Source: Camelus dromedarius
Taxonomy: Eukaryota
Reading direction: 5' to 3'
Assembly: GCF_036321535.1 (NCBI RefSeq)
Contig: NC_087437.1
Location: 34,722,001 to 34,786,000, forward strand
Length of the DNA stretch: 64,000 nt
Part shown: positions 50,718 through 64,000 of the stretch, piece by piece
Numbering within the stretch: the first letter of the stretch is position 1
Layout: each line of letters begins with the position of its first letter
Made by a program: the position numbers and the translations under genes
Notes under the pieces: generated by a model
Told to the model about the DNA's origin: nothing
Database searches by the model: none
What the model saw: only the letters and a program-made list of their open reading frames with translations

Positions 50718-51922
50718 AACTTGAAGCTTTGATAGGGGAGGAAAAGAGCTAAATTTTAGAAAACAAGGCTTTTTATAAAGAGAATATTTTGGGGAGGGTG
50801 CTTAGTAGGACATTCGTTAGCTAGAGGGAAAGGTCAGTCTGCCATCATTCCTTAGGGTGAGGCTTGCCGGAGCCTGTGTTCTCCGAGCCAAGACCTTCTA
50901 GTCTCTTCCTAAGCCCTGGCTTTGCTCTTCATAGAAAGCAGTGATTTCATTGTTGTTTTTGACATCGTGTCAATTTTTTCCCCCTGAAGGGATGGATAAT
51001 TAGAACTCTCTGATGAAAAAAAAAGGTCCTGTAATCTGTTTTATAGATGAGCATTTTCTGAACCATCAAGTGAAATTCAGCTTTAATCTTTAGGGCAAAT
51101 GAAGATTAGTTAGGATGTATTAAACTCTGTGAGTTTAATGTTCATGACAAGTGTTTCATAAAGGAAGATGCTGGCTATTATCCCTCCTCAGAAGGAAATT
51201 GTTGATAAGAAGCCATCTTGAGAAGTAAGATTTATGGCAGTATCAGGAGCTAGAGAAGCTGGGGCATCTGAGCATTCAGGACAATCAAGGACAGATAGGA
51301 CAACTAAATTTTTCTTGTGCAGTCTTCTGTCTTACCAAAAAAATAAAAATTAAAAATTGTGTATTCTTCCCGCAAGGAGATTAAGGAAAATATTTATTCT
51401 TTAAAAGCATACTCTGTTTTGATGAAGCAAGTTAACTCCTGACAGAGATGCAGTTCAATGACAAGGAATTCCAGTGAGAGAGCTTTCCTCAATTTTTGTC
51501 TTATTATTTTTTTCCTCAGATAAAATCCTTACATTTGAATAATCTGTTGATTCAGGATACAGTGGGTTGATAGTCTTATCTTGACCTTATTCATCCAACG
51601 AAGCATATGACCTGAATGCAAAAAGTCAGACCCTTATGCGGTAAAACCCAGCTCATCTCATTGGAACAAACTAGTTGGAAGGGTCCCAACTTTTCACTGT
51701 CAGTCGGCAACTACTATTTTAATATTGTACTTTTCCAGTTGTATTTTGTGGGCAATTAATCATCATTTTTCCAATTGTATTCTGTGGATAATTAGGTACT
51801 TCAGGTGGTTTACTGTGAAATTTATGTTGATAATACAGTGGTGTCTATATTCTGTTTTCTTTGGGGTGCGCCAAAACCAGTGTCATTTCCCCAGTTAACT
51901 GAAAATATATTCTTTAGGGTGC

Positions 51923-52295
51923 TGTATTAGTTTCCTGTAGCTGCTGTTACCAAAGTATCACAAACTTGATGGCTTAAAACAATAGGAATTCCTTCTCTCT
52001 AAGTTCTGGAGGCCAGAGGTCTGAAGTCAAGGTGCTGGCAAGGCTGCGCTCCCTATGAAGGCCCTAGGGATATACCCACCCCTTGCCTTTTCAGCGAGCT
52101 GCTGGCATTCTTTGGCTTGTGGCAACAGCACTCCAGTCTCTGCCTCCGTGATTACATCAGCTCCTCAGAAAATTCCCTCTGATTGCATTTAGGGCTCACC
52201 CTAATAATCCAGGGAAAACTCTTCTCAAAATCTGTCATCACACCTTTTTCATGCAAGGTGTAATGGTCACATGTTCCAGGGGTTAGGACATTGAT
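51923..52295 (-). mobile_element. MLT1C-like MaLR LTR
   Basis: Contains tgtattagtttcctg...ggcttaaaacaa...gttctggaggccaga. Confidence 0.88.
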
Positions 52296-54237
52296 ATTCA
52301 GACAGAATGTACCTTGTTCTTTCTTACTGGTGTGTAAGATTTAGAATGTGCAGTCTACCTAGTCTACCTAAATTAAGAAGACATCATCATAATCTTCCTA
52401 AAATTTTGAGTCAATCTAGATAAAGATGAAAATAGGAACTTTTTACCTTTCCCAGTGATCAACTTAGATTTAATTATTCATGCTATAGAGCACATTAGTG
52501 AAATAAAAAATAGAAAATATGAAAGGGAAGATAATCCTAGGAGCATTTATACTTGATCTTGGTCAACTATACAGGTATAAAAATATTAAAATCATTAAAA
52601 TACTAAAAAGTCATTTTACCATCATTTATACACCTGGAAAGTTTGAGTGATAAAGGGTACATCTGGGCTATGCTGAATGGGTGCTGAAAATAATTTATTT
52701 GGGGTTGAAATTTTGTCAATGAAATAATCTATAAGGCATATGCATTATGAGCAAGTTAGCAGGAGTATTTTGATACAGAGTATCTGTGAAACAAAAGATA
52801 GTTTGCACTGGATTTGTTTTCAGTTTAATTCATTTTTGACAGATGCCAACAAAATGTTTCTCCTTTTTATAGTACTCAGAAAGAAGAGAGCACATCATGT
52901 CAAACCTTAATTAACCTCTCTCTGCCTATGCCTGGACTTTCCCTATACATACAGGTATTTATAATTACGAATCCACATACATCAGTTGCTGGCAGCAGTG
53001 TCAAGTCAGTATATACCCAACTAGTAAGTTTTACTGAATTTTTAGGTGGTCTTGGCGTGCTAGGCAGGCAGTGCCAAGTTATTTAGCGAGATCTTTCTTT
53101 CAGACTGTAGAAATGTCTGAGATGTGTAAACCAAATAGATGTCTTGACACTGATTATGTGGTTCAGTTAGTTTAAAAAGGAAGACTGGTTCTAGGGAACA
53201 GTTGTCCTGTTACTCATGTTTACCTGAAATTCAGAGAACTCATGTTGAAGGAGCCAGAGCCAATTGGTGTATCTCTAGGGTCTGACCTTAGACTCTTGGC
53301 TGGGGTGGGGGTGGGCATGGGGGGCCTTGTTTTCCCAGTCTTTCTGTGCAGGGGTAAATGTACAAGGTACCGTGTTTTTAGGATATACCTGTCTGGGTAC
53401 CACTGAGGGCATTTGTAGGGAGCAGTGAAAGATAATCTTAATCATGAGAAGCCTTGAATATCAGGCTTAGAAATGTGGATTTTCTTCTTTTTCTCTCCCT
53501 CTTGTATAATCTTTCTCTCTACTTTCTCTTAGATGATAGTGGATTTACTTAGATTATTTTTGTGGTTAATTGTTCAGTAGTATTTTCCTTTCTTTAATTT
53601 TAAATAAATTTCTGAAACTCCTTTCTGAAAGTGTATTTTGCTGTTTGATGCTAAATTTTCAACCTTTTTTTGGCCAAAAGTAACAAACCAAAAAACCCTG
53701 AATTTTGAATTTTGAAAGTTTCTACCACTTAAAAAAAAAAAAGAGATCAATATTCTTGATGTTTCACTTTTTTTTTTTTAAAAAAATGCCTTTTCTTTCC
53801 AAACAAAATATGGAAATTTTGCTTCCAAAAGGTCATGGTTTCTTCTTTCTAATTACATTCTTTAAAATTCTGACAGTGAGGACCCTGAAAATTATACTAT
53901 CATAACTCTTAAATGTACTTTTCATAAAATTCAACACATTTCATCTTTCCCCTTAACAGTCCTTGGGACTTAAACCGTTATCAGTAAAATCACAGGTTTT
54001 GAATTAAAAAAAAAAACAAAACAGAATTCCTACTTTGATATACAACTAAAATTGTTTTGGTTGTGTTTCTGGTTGGATCATCAGGGTTAGATAGAGTCTA
54101 TAACTCAGTGATATAATTAAAGTGGCTGCCTTAAAAATATAATGCAAAAACTCAGTCATCCCTTGTCTTTTGTCTTGCAACTGGGACCATATTGTTTTCT
54201 GAACTTCATATGTGTAACAGTCCTTTTTTTGTGTAGA

Positions 54238-54430
54238 CTTCATTCATTTATATTCTGTTTATTCATTCTTTCATATTGAGTGTCTGCTCTATGCCAGTCC
54301 TGTGAATACAGCAATGCAAGGCATGATCCTTGCTCTTAAAGGAGGATACAGGCTTGTGGGAGAGGCAGGCATATAAACAAATAATTACAGCCTAAAATAA
54401 TAAATGCCATTATAGTGCTTAGACAAAGTC
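54238..54430 (-). mobile_element. L2 3' end
   Basis: Contains tattgagtgtctgctctatgccag...tccttgctcttaaaggag. Confidence 0.8.
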
Positions 54431-55269
54431 CCCCTAGTGGCTTAAACTCTCAAGCCCACGTTCCCCAACTGATTATTTTCTTCTGTGGATCTTTTCTCCT
54501 TATCCCTCAAACTTTCTTTCAGATACTCGGGTACATATTGCTTGCTTATTCTTTTCTGCTCCAAGTTTCCTCATTTTAGGTGCATAAGCCTTTTCCTGCG
54601 TCTGCTCCTTTTCCGGACTCTTCTGGTAGCCCTCTCCAATACCCTGGCTTTGCCTTTAAGTGCTAACAGAGTGAAAAAGAATGTGTCTCATTATTGTTGG
54701 AGCATTTAGGGTGTTGCAGTCGGTATGAGAAATGGCAGAACCTACAGTCCTAAAAGGAAAGTAAATTATGTTATATAGTGTCAACTATTTATAGAATATG
54801 GAGCCAGTTATAAAGGTATAAACACACATACACATATATACAGTTAAGAAGAACCGTGCCTCCATTTTAGGGCAAATAACTTTCAAAGCAGCTTCAAGTG
54901 TAATGATTCATAGTAGAGTCTTCTCTCTTTATTTTTATGTTTGTTTTTATAATGAAAGGAAATACATTACCCTTAAAGGGGGCTCTCTCCCTTTATTTCA
55001 CATTAGTTATATTTTGAGTAACAATACAGGCTTAAGAGAGTGTTTGCTAAATAATGAAGCACAGTAAATAAAATCCAACCTTGTCTGTGTGGGTGGTATT
55101 AATTTATCTGTTTAAATTCTGAATGCATTACTGAGTGAGGTGTAATTCTCTCTGACCGTGGGAGCTTTAGTTTCCCGTCTATAATAAGGGGTTGGTATGG
55201 TAGACATTTGTTTTTTCTGCTTAGCTTCCATTCCTCACTATTCTTAGGGAGTTGCTGCTTTCCCAGATT

Positions 55270-55680
55270 TGGTCCTCACAAAGATGACTCCAATCCAGTC
55301 CAATCCCTAAGAGATGTGCATGTGACCCGGCCCAGTCAATTAATCGCTGCCTTCTCTGGCCATGGTGGATGGGTTGAGTCGACAGGCGGTCCAAGCTGGA
55401 TGACTCAGAACCCACTTCTGGGCTTTGTCTGGAACTGTTGAGAAGAAGCTTACTTTTCAATAAGGTTCCTAAGTTGAGGAGACTGGAAAGCTAGAACTGT
55501 GGGGAGCTTCCATGTGAGGGGCGCTAGAGGTGGTGCCTGCACAGAGGAAAGGGGTCCGGTAGATCCCTAGACCTAGTTGCCTTTTCAGGTATTTGACCAA
55601 TAAAGGCTTTTGTTGTTGTTTTTAAGCGTTTGAGTTGTCCTTTCTTCTGTCACATGCAGATGGCAAGGTCCAGGCTAGTT
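55270..55680 (+). mobile_element. Old MLT1 (K-like) LTR
   Basis: Contains gcatgtgacccggcccagtcaat...aataaa...ttctgtcacatgca. Confidence 0.6.
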
Positions 55681-56894
55681 CAGTTGGGTTAGTTCACCTC
55701 CGCAGCCTTCCCATTTCCACACTGTGTGATTCTCTGCCTTCCTGTATCACGTGCAAGTTAGGTTACTTTGATCAGTTGAAGCTAGACAAATAATAACTGG
55801 ATTTTCTCAGGAGAAGTACTTTCTTTGTCTGAGAAGTATCAGCAGAAGGTCAGGAGTAGTAGTTCTATATTTTTATCTCATTTATCTTTATTTTCACCTT
55901 CCATGCCTCTAATCTACCCTTGGTCCAGTTGTATTCACTAGGGCCTGTAAAACAAAACAAATAAAAAAGAAAGCAACTCTGCTTGATATTAGAAATTATC
56001 CCTTCCTGAATCACATGCACAAATGATATCATTCTGAGCCTTGCCACTCCTGGGTTAACATGTGCATTTTGTGATGATGACTTTTTAAGAATTCTGCATG
56101 AGAATGAAAAAGAGAACACGTGTGGGACACGTGAATAATTAGGAGGCATTAGTGAGAGGGCTCATGCGGGAAGCTAGTGAACTGGAAAGGGGAGAACTTG
56201 GCTGTAGAAGCCCAGGTAGCCTCGATCCAGTAGTGTAAATGTCCCTCATCTTTCAGGTGTTTGGGTTCTTCTGAGGATGATGTGGTATATAATGTGTGTG
56301 GAAGCCGTTTTTGTATAAAAGCTGATGATGGCTGAGATCATTTAGGAATGAGTGAGCCTAATTTATTCAGTGAGTTTCATTGATGATTTATGACAGAAGC
56401 AACAGATGGGGAAATATCAGAGATAACATTAGATATGAAGGTAGTAGTTTCAGATTTTGAAATCCAGCCTGAGGAGTTTAAACTTGTTTAAAGAAGCAAG
56501 TGTTAGTTACCACTTCCAAGTTTCTTCCTCCAGATCATTTCCTAAACTGTGTTCTTTTCTCTTCATTCCCACAATCGGTACAAACTCCTAACTCACCTGG
56601 TGGATGCCAGTCTATTCTGTATTCAACATCCTGTTGCCACATTTATCTTCCTGAAAATAATATACCATAATTACATGAAGAGGACAGCTGGATGTGTTGA
56701 ATGATAGGATACAGAGAATGAACGATAGGATTGGGTAAAAAGATATCTGAGAGACTGGGGCAGTGGTGGTATTGTTAACAGAAGGAGGCAGATTGATAAG
56801 GGGCTCAGGATGAGGTGATAAGACACCCAGCTGGAATCATTGCATAGCAAGTTGCAGATTTAGGAATAGCACTTAGTGGAAGGAGTGGAGTCCC

Positions 56895-57267
56895 TGTATA
56901 GGTCTAGATGTTATAAAGTCGTTGACTGTAGCAGAGTTGCCACAGGCTTGGATGGCTTCAGCAGCAAACATTCATTTCTCACAGTGCTGGAAGCTGGGCA
57001 GTCCTGGGAGATTGGATGTTTGGTGGGTGCTCTCTTCCTGGTTTGCAGAGAGCTACCTTCTTGCCATGGCTTCACGTGGCAGAAAAAGTGAGAGAAGAAG
57101 CAAGGTCTCTTGTGACCCTTTAGAGGGCTCTAATCTCACATATGAGGGCACCACAATCACAACCTAATTATCTCCCGAAGCCCTGCCTCCAAGTGCCCAC
57201 ACGCTGGGGATTGGGGCTTCAACATATGAATTTGGTGGGCAGAAACACAAATATTCAGTCAACAGCA
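56895..57267 (-). mobile_element. MLT1A-type MaLR LTR
   Basis: Contains atttctcacagtgctgga...ttcaacatatgaatttgg...attcagtcaacagca. Confidence 0.88.
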
Positions 57268-57880
57268 GGTCCTTGAGACATCATTTGGCTTTGTTGTTTG
57301 TTTTTTTTTCCCAGAAAAGAGATTGAATCAAAGTGGAAGGTCACATAGTGTATTGTTTGTGGCACAGCTAGGAATAGAAAGTTTATTTGCTGACTCCAAG
57401 AACTGTGTTCTTTCTTCTCCATCATATAGCCTTCTCATGCCATCAACCCAGAGATAACAATGGAAGCTTTAATGATAGAGTAAAGATTAAAATGAGAACT
57501 AACTATGTACTAGGCAGAATATGGTGTAATTCCCTACTCTTGGCTGGATGCAACTCTGAAGATACTGGTAGCTTTGACATGAAAAAGCCAAGATGTTGGA
57601 CCATTTAGATGGGGTGGCTGACTGGGAAAAGCTGGCCTATCAGGTGCTTAGCGACTGACATAAAGAAATATTAACTCATCCTTTTTCTCCTGCCAACTGA
57701 ACTTTTATGCATTAGAGTATAATTATGTATTTAGAATGTGAGTATCAATGCTGAACAGTCTTGCATTCTATTGCTGGTTGTGTTCCTTCCTGTCTGACGT
57801 GCTTTTTAGCTTCAGTTTCCTACTCTGTAAAGTGGGGATAATAACACCTGCCTCGTAGAGTTGATGTACCTACTGATGAT

Positions 57881-58353
57881 TGCATCACCGCCCTGTCTCT
57901 GCTGTAATACATTACCAAAAATTAGTGGTTTAAGGCCTCATGAGTTTATTATTCTAGTTCTGGAGGTCAGACTTCTGAAAATGGATCTTAGGGGGCTAAT
58001 CAAGTTGTTAGCAAGACTTTCTTCCTTTTAGAGGCTATAAAGGAGAATTTGCTTCTTTCCTTTTGTAGCTTCCAGAGACTGCCTGCATCCTTGGCTCATG
58101 GCCCCTTTCCAGCAATGGCATCACTCTGACTTCTGTATCCATCATCACTCTTCCTCTGACATTCCTGCTTCCTTCTTAGAAGGACCCTTGTGATGACATC
58201 GTGTCCACTCAGATAATCCAGGATAATCCTCCCATCTCAAGATCCTTAACATCATCACATTTGCAGAGTCCCATTTGCTAAGTAAAGTAACATACGCAGG
58301 TGTCAGGGATTAGGACTTGGCCATCTTTGAGGACCATTATTCTGCCTATCATA
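57881..58353 (-). mobile_element. MLT1D-type MaLR LTR
   Basis: Contains gataatccaggataatcctcccatctcaagatccttaac...ccattattctgcctatcata. Confidence 0.88.
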
Positions 58354-61049
58354 CCAATGATGATGATTCTAAGGAAGACGATGAGGAATAGTAACTACTA
58401 CTATTAATATTTCAATTGCTTCCAAAACTACTTCCAGTATTTCATCAAAGAAAATAAGGTCTTCTATCCCAAAACACGTGTGGAGAGCCAGGCCGGCTTA
58501 ATAAGGGGATGGAGCTTCTGATTTGATAAAAGCTTCCTTGCCCTGCAGTCAAAAATGGGTTTGTTTTTTTTTTACAGGGCTGCCTGGAAGCCCATGGAAT
58601 GTTTACATTAGTTATCCTTTTGATTCAGGCATTGAAAGGCTAGCAAAATGCAATTATGTCTTCTGGAAAGAAACCAACTATCAGTCTAGCACAAGTGACT
58701 ATTTGGAAAATCAAATGAGGTGCTAAGGAGACATGAAACAGAAGAGGTGGATTTTGATTTAGAATGTTCTAAAATAATTGTTCATAGCAGAGGGTCAATA
58801 ATCATACTTGAAATATTGAACAACCCTTTTGGCTTAGGTCCTGGAGAAGGGATAGTCTTACACAGAAGATGCACAGAGAGTTTTAGTCTTATCCCTGCTT
58901 CTATAGACAACGTGCATGTGCGCAAATGCACCACACACACAGAATTCTCAAAACATAACACTGCAAATTCCTAAATGAGTCTTAGTTTTCAGGAAAAGCT
59001 ATGCATAAAAATGAAAAGGTCATGTTTGGGGAATTAGTAAAAGAAAAAAAAAGATTGAAGGAAGTGGCTATAGAATGAAATGATGATTGGCTTTTAAAAA
59101 ACACTAGCATAAAGAATACCTCTTGCTTTAATAGTCCTTCTAATTTATTATAAATTACAGGTCTGCTAAGGAGAAAAGTAAAGAGCAGACTGTCATTTCC
59201 TTTAAAAACACAAATCAAATTGTTACACAGCAGGAGGATACTCCGCTAATTTTGACAGTCACTCAATGTGTTCATTTACTTGCCTTTCTTAGACACAATA
59301 CCTGTGTGGCTTTTATTTTTCCAGATGCTTCCACGAATACAATTTCACTTATCAGGTGTTTTGTTAATTTATGACAAGTATAAATTAGAATTTTTTTAAA
59401 TTCAGATAAAATACCACATATTAAAATGGTGATTTTTTAAAGTGAAGTCTGTAACATTAAAAAAATGCAAACTTGGAGACCACAGTCAAAACACTCCTAG
59501 CAACCCAGAGGCCCTCAGTTATCTGGTCCTGCCTTAGCCCTGTAGCCTTCTTTCTCAGCTCCTGGGATACCCAGTGTTGTCTACCAGTCAGCTAAATTCA
59601 CTCCTTTCTGCTTGGCAATGGTATATTCCCCTTCACCTCACTAAATGCCTTTATTATTAAATTATTATTTCTGCAGAAATTTAACTTCATCATTATTGCC
59701 ATCTGGAGAAAGCTGTGCTCTCTACACCCTGCAGTGAAATAGGTGAACATTTCTCCTTAAAGCCACAACCCCCAGTCTCAGCCCTGATCTAGGTCATGTG
59801 CTTTTGGGAAGAGTGTCCAGTACCTGCATAAAGTGTGACTCTGAAGTTAGCGGACTGGAAGGAGCACTGTATAGATTGGAAAGCTATCAAGTATGTTGCT
59901 GCGGTTTGAACCTTAACAATTTATAATCGAATTTATAACAATTTATAATTAGGCTTGATCACACAAGCCTAATTCTTCCAGTAAGCGGTTCTTCCTTTTG
60001 CCTGAAACCCTCACGTCCCCCTCTTCTCCTTGACCACTCATCTCTTCCAGGGGTCAAGGGTGCACTTCTGGGGATTTCACAGTCCCCTGAGAGCCCCCAT
60101 GGAGAACGCAGGATGAGCATGTTTATTCTATGAGGAAGTTAACTAATCTAATGGCAATATTTGAGTTGGAAAAACCAGCTGGGTGGCTGTGGGGAGATGA
60201 GTCCTGGGTAGGTAAAGGAGCTGATTTCAGCATGGCCTGAAAGTAACCTGACAGACTGGCTCAGTCTCTACCTCCCTCTCTCAGAATTCCACTAGATTTG
60301 CTACCACTCTGTACTGCCCTGTAGGAGTCCCACTGATTCTTTTTAAAAATCATGTCCCTAGGAGATCTTAGAACTTCCTCCTTCTGTAGGTATGTTTTTT
60401 GACCACATTTGCTACTGCCCCAGAAGATGGGTGTCAAACGATATATAAAGTAAAATTAGAATGCCAGAGTAATCTGTGTATTTCCACTTCATCATAATTG
60501 ATTTCAAATCTTGATCAACTCTTTCAGCAGTTATTTTATTGAATAGCTACTATCAGCCAGGTGCTGGGCATAAACAGATGAAGAAGACCTGAGCCTTGTC
60601 CTCATGGAAACCACCACCACAGACATGATGCCATTTCCAGAAGAGACCCTTCCTATCCCCAGGGAAAGGCTTAAGGCTGAGTCTTCATGGGGGGAACTAG
60701 AACGTTTTATTCTCAAGAGGAAATAAGGGTAGGAGGTGACAGAAACTTCTGGATAAAGTATTAGCCAAGATTATCTAGGACGTTTTTATCTTATGAGTGG
60801 GTGGAAAAATTGGTTAACAAATTCAGAGTTGCAAGTTTAAAGAAATGCATATACTAAAAAGTCCAAAAAGATAGGCTCTAATCAGTCAAGTGTTTCAGGT
60901 TAAAGACCAGTACTTCACCGAGTGTTGTCTGCAGGTGAAGACAGCCCAATCTAGCAGTTTATACAGGATAATAAAAACCAGCCAAAGAAAGAAAGGTTTT
61001 TTGAAAAAAAAAAGTCTAGTATTTTTGTTGTAGCCATCATTTATTTCTA

Positions 61050-61300
61050 ATGTATCCAGTTCTGATGCCAAATGTCAGAAAGCAGAGAGCTCAGGTGCTG
61101 GAAAAATCAATAATTGAGTCTTTAGAGTAGCTTCAGTATAATGACTAACCAGGAAGACTGACTTTCCAGAAAGATGAAGTCTCAGAAGAGACATAATCCG
61201 GTCTATGAAATCATAAAGTATGTGAATAGGACAAATATGAACTTGTTCATCAAATTATAAAAACATTTTAAAGCTTTGGAAAAGTAATTTCAGGGTGGAT
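61050..61300 (+). mobile_element. Ancient CR1/L3 LINE fragment
   Basis: agagacataatccggtctatgaaatcataaag...gaacttgttcatcaaat resembles the CR1 ORF2 C-terminus. Confidence 0.55.
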
Positions 61301-62476
61301 GGAAGGTCATGGGGATTGTATTTTATTGCTGACTTTAACATCGAAGCTGTAAGATTACCTAAGGTGAAACCACTTTTAAGAGAAATACCTTTTGCTGCAG
61401 TAGTAATTAGCACCCCCCTTGGATTAGTTTCAAAATTGTTCTGCCTTTTTTTGATTTTAGTTACAAGGCAAATGAGTCTTTTAGCAGATTTTCAGATCTA
61501 AGGAAATTCTTTATTTCAGTAGTGATAAGTACTTATTAAATGAATACCTATTAAGTAGTGGATTATTAAAAAAACGGATAATGTTAAAAATGTATGTCTT
61601 AGCATGAGAAGTTGTCATGGAGAGCCAATGTATTTTTTCTTAAAATGTGTTTTGGTATTTCTGTCAGAGACCAAATACCAAGTTAACAGTTGGTCTCATT
61701 CAATAAACCATCTCTTATATTATCCTGAACTATTACAGCTGCTGGGGCTTTTTTTTCCCCCGTCAGACATATGGAATTTTTTCCCTCTCCATGCCCAGAA
61801 AGTTACTTGGCTAACGCTCTTTTGAATGTCCAGAGAGTAAAGCTCTACTGACAAAACATCACCTTTGTATTTAGTGCTGTGCAGAATGGTCATGTAGACA
61901 AACTCTTTGGGCTTTTACTATTAATCGGATGATTTCACTTTGTTAGTTTTATAAATTCTAAAGGCTGGTGGAGTTGTCTTCTAGATTCTACATAGGCTCA
62001 AGCTAGTGAGGACTTAGTTCATGAAAACATGGCAACCTTTACAGTTTCATTCTGCTTTGTTGGAAGGATCCGTGTCCCGTGCATACTTTATGACTTACAT
62101 CTCCTTTAGAAATAGCGAACATGTAGTACTTGATTCTTACTATTCTAGATGGTGATGTGCTCATGATGAGACTATTAATACTGGAATAATGATATATATC
62201 ACCACATAATATAAACATTGAATGTCTAAGATTTTCAGCTTGAAACCACTTTAATGGGCCTGTCTTAAGAGCTGGAGGTGATAGCCATGGTGCTGCACAC
62301 AGGGTGGTGATGGTAAAACAGCCTGTCCCCAGGCAGAGAACTCATTCCCCCTTGTGTCTTAGGTGCTCTACCTTCATTCATTGGGTATTTTGAGCAACTA
62401 ATAAGACCTCTGATTACCTCTCTTTTTCTAATTCATCATCTCTCACACCAATTTTATACCCAAATAAAAGTTTTTT

Positions 62477-62689
62477 CTTTTTGCTCTTCTTTTTCTAATT
62501 CTTTTAGCTGGTAAGTTAAATTGTTTATTTGAGATTGTTATTCTCTGAGGAAGGCCTGTATCGCTGTAAACTTCCCTCTTAACACTGCCTTTGCTGCATC
62601 CCATAGATTCTGTGTGGCTGTGTTTTCATTGTCATCTATCTCAAAGTATTTTTTAATTTCTTCTTTGATTTCATCATTGACCCATTGAC
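62477..62689 (-). mobile_element. Isolated internal L1 ORF2 fragment
   Basis: Minus-strand translation QWVNDEIKEEIKKYFEIDDNENTATQNLWDAAKAVLRGKFTAIQAFL matches L1 ORF2p just after the endonuclease domain. Confidence 0.92.
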
Positions 62690-62925
62690 AAAAGCTTTTT
62701 AAAATTGTCTTTTTGGACTCTTAGAATCAAATTATCTTACAACTCTTTAAAGTAACTGAGAGAAAAGATGATCAGCAAATAATATATTGTTACTGGAAAT
62801 TACTGAACTGTTTTTGAATTTTTCGTGAACTTTTGAAAGTACCTTAAGCCTTAATTGATTTAGCAGGAATCTTAAAATAAGATTCCTATTTACATTTTGG
62901 CCTAAAATCAGTTTCATGTTCTTTT

Positions 62926-62955
62926 TTTGTTTGTTTGTTTGTTTGTTTGTTTGTT
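62926..62955. repeat. (TTTG)n microsatellite
   Basis: Seen directly in the sequence. Confidence 0.9.
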
Positions 62956-64000
62956 TTACAATAGGACAGACAAGCTGGTTAATATGCTTTTTTCATTTCT
63001 ATCCTTTTATTTCAGGACATATATCTAAGTGTTACTCTAGGTTTTCCGTCTCCCCCTGCTTCTCCAATTTACACCTTACACTGTTAGGATGTAACTAAAA
63101 TTATATTCGTTATAGGTGACTTTCCTTGACACATCATATTTCCTAGTCTTCCCTTTCCTTTCTTTTCGTTGGGTGTTTAAATCTAGAAACTTTCCTCCTG
63201 AATAAACTATTTTTTAGTCAGTATTGCAAACAGGCAATTGTCAACCTCATCTTTGTAGGTGATATACTTGAAAATAGGATTCATTTTCTCCTTTGTTATT
63301 ATGATTAAAAAATAACGATACTGTTTTGGTGAACAGCTGGTGAAATGCGGCTGACCTGGTGCAGCTGGTGCGTGCGATCAGTCTGAAGGTTAATAAGCAG
63401 CTGTGCTGAAAGAGTCACTTTGGTTTAGTCCTTGTAATTGGCCACTTTCTTGGACATTGAGCTTCAAGACAGAATGTCTGTGACTCTTTAATGTATTTAA
63501 CATATTTTCAAAAATGATCAGAATTCAGGCCAAATAACTGTAACCACTTGATTTTCTACTGGATTATGTTTTGATTGTCAGTCTTGGAGGGAAGTTGAGA
63601 AGTATATAAGCCTTAGGCTGATACTGTAGAAGAGCTTCTAAAACTGAGGAATTGGAGGCATCTTGTTTTAATCCTTCGTAACCCAGCCACATGCGTCAAA
63701 CTGAGCACTCTTAAAACTTGATACTTTTAAAAGGGTAGGAGACCTATTTTTCTGTGTACGGTGGACAGATACTCAGGTGACACTTACTGCTGTTCACCTC
63801 TGTTCTCCTAACCCTGGTGTCAGAGAATGAAGGCTCTGTCATTTTTCACATGGGGAGAGAGGTGGCTGGCAGCAGGTACAATATCGATGACTTCCTGGAC
63901 TGTGGCTTGTCCTCAAGGTGCCCTGCCAAGACTTGAGTGTGGGGGGAGCTGGAGGCTTCGGGTCAGGTTTTAGGCCTCCCCTGCACTGCACGGCCAGCAC

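Overview
Mammalian nuclear DNA, almost certainly camelid (a tRNA-derived SINE of the camelid Vic-1 type lies at 47867-47999). I recognise no protein-coding exon, and the listed ORFs look like chance or repeat-derived frames. Nearly all L1s and LTRs lie on the minus strand and poly-T tracts dominate the plus strand, which suggests a large intron of a plus-strand gene. Bases 1-3690 hold the 5' part of a defective endogenous retrovirus on the minus strand, with class III (ERV-L/S-like) gag-pro remnants. The rest is a typical mosaic of solo LTRs, MaLRs, L1, L2, CR1, MIR and hAT/mariner MITEs. The most notable local structures are a near-perfect 64-bp fold-back inside an L1 that splits a MADE2 MITE, a pre-miRNA-sized hairpin in unique DNA at about 9.4 kb, a TSD-flanked internal L1 ORF2 fragment, and a miR-28-like L2 fold-back. 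I found no convincing novel multi-gene system. Repeat family names come from recalled consensus sequences, not database searches, and boundaries of old repeats are approximate.
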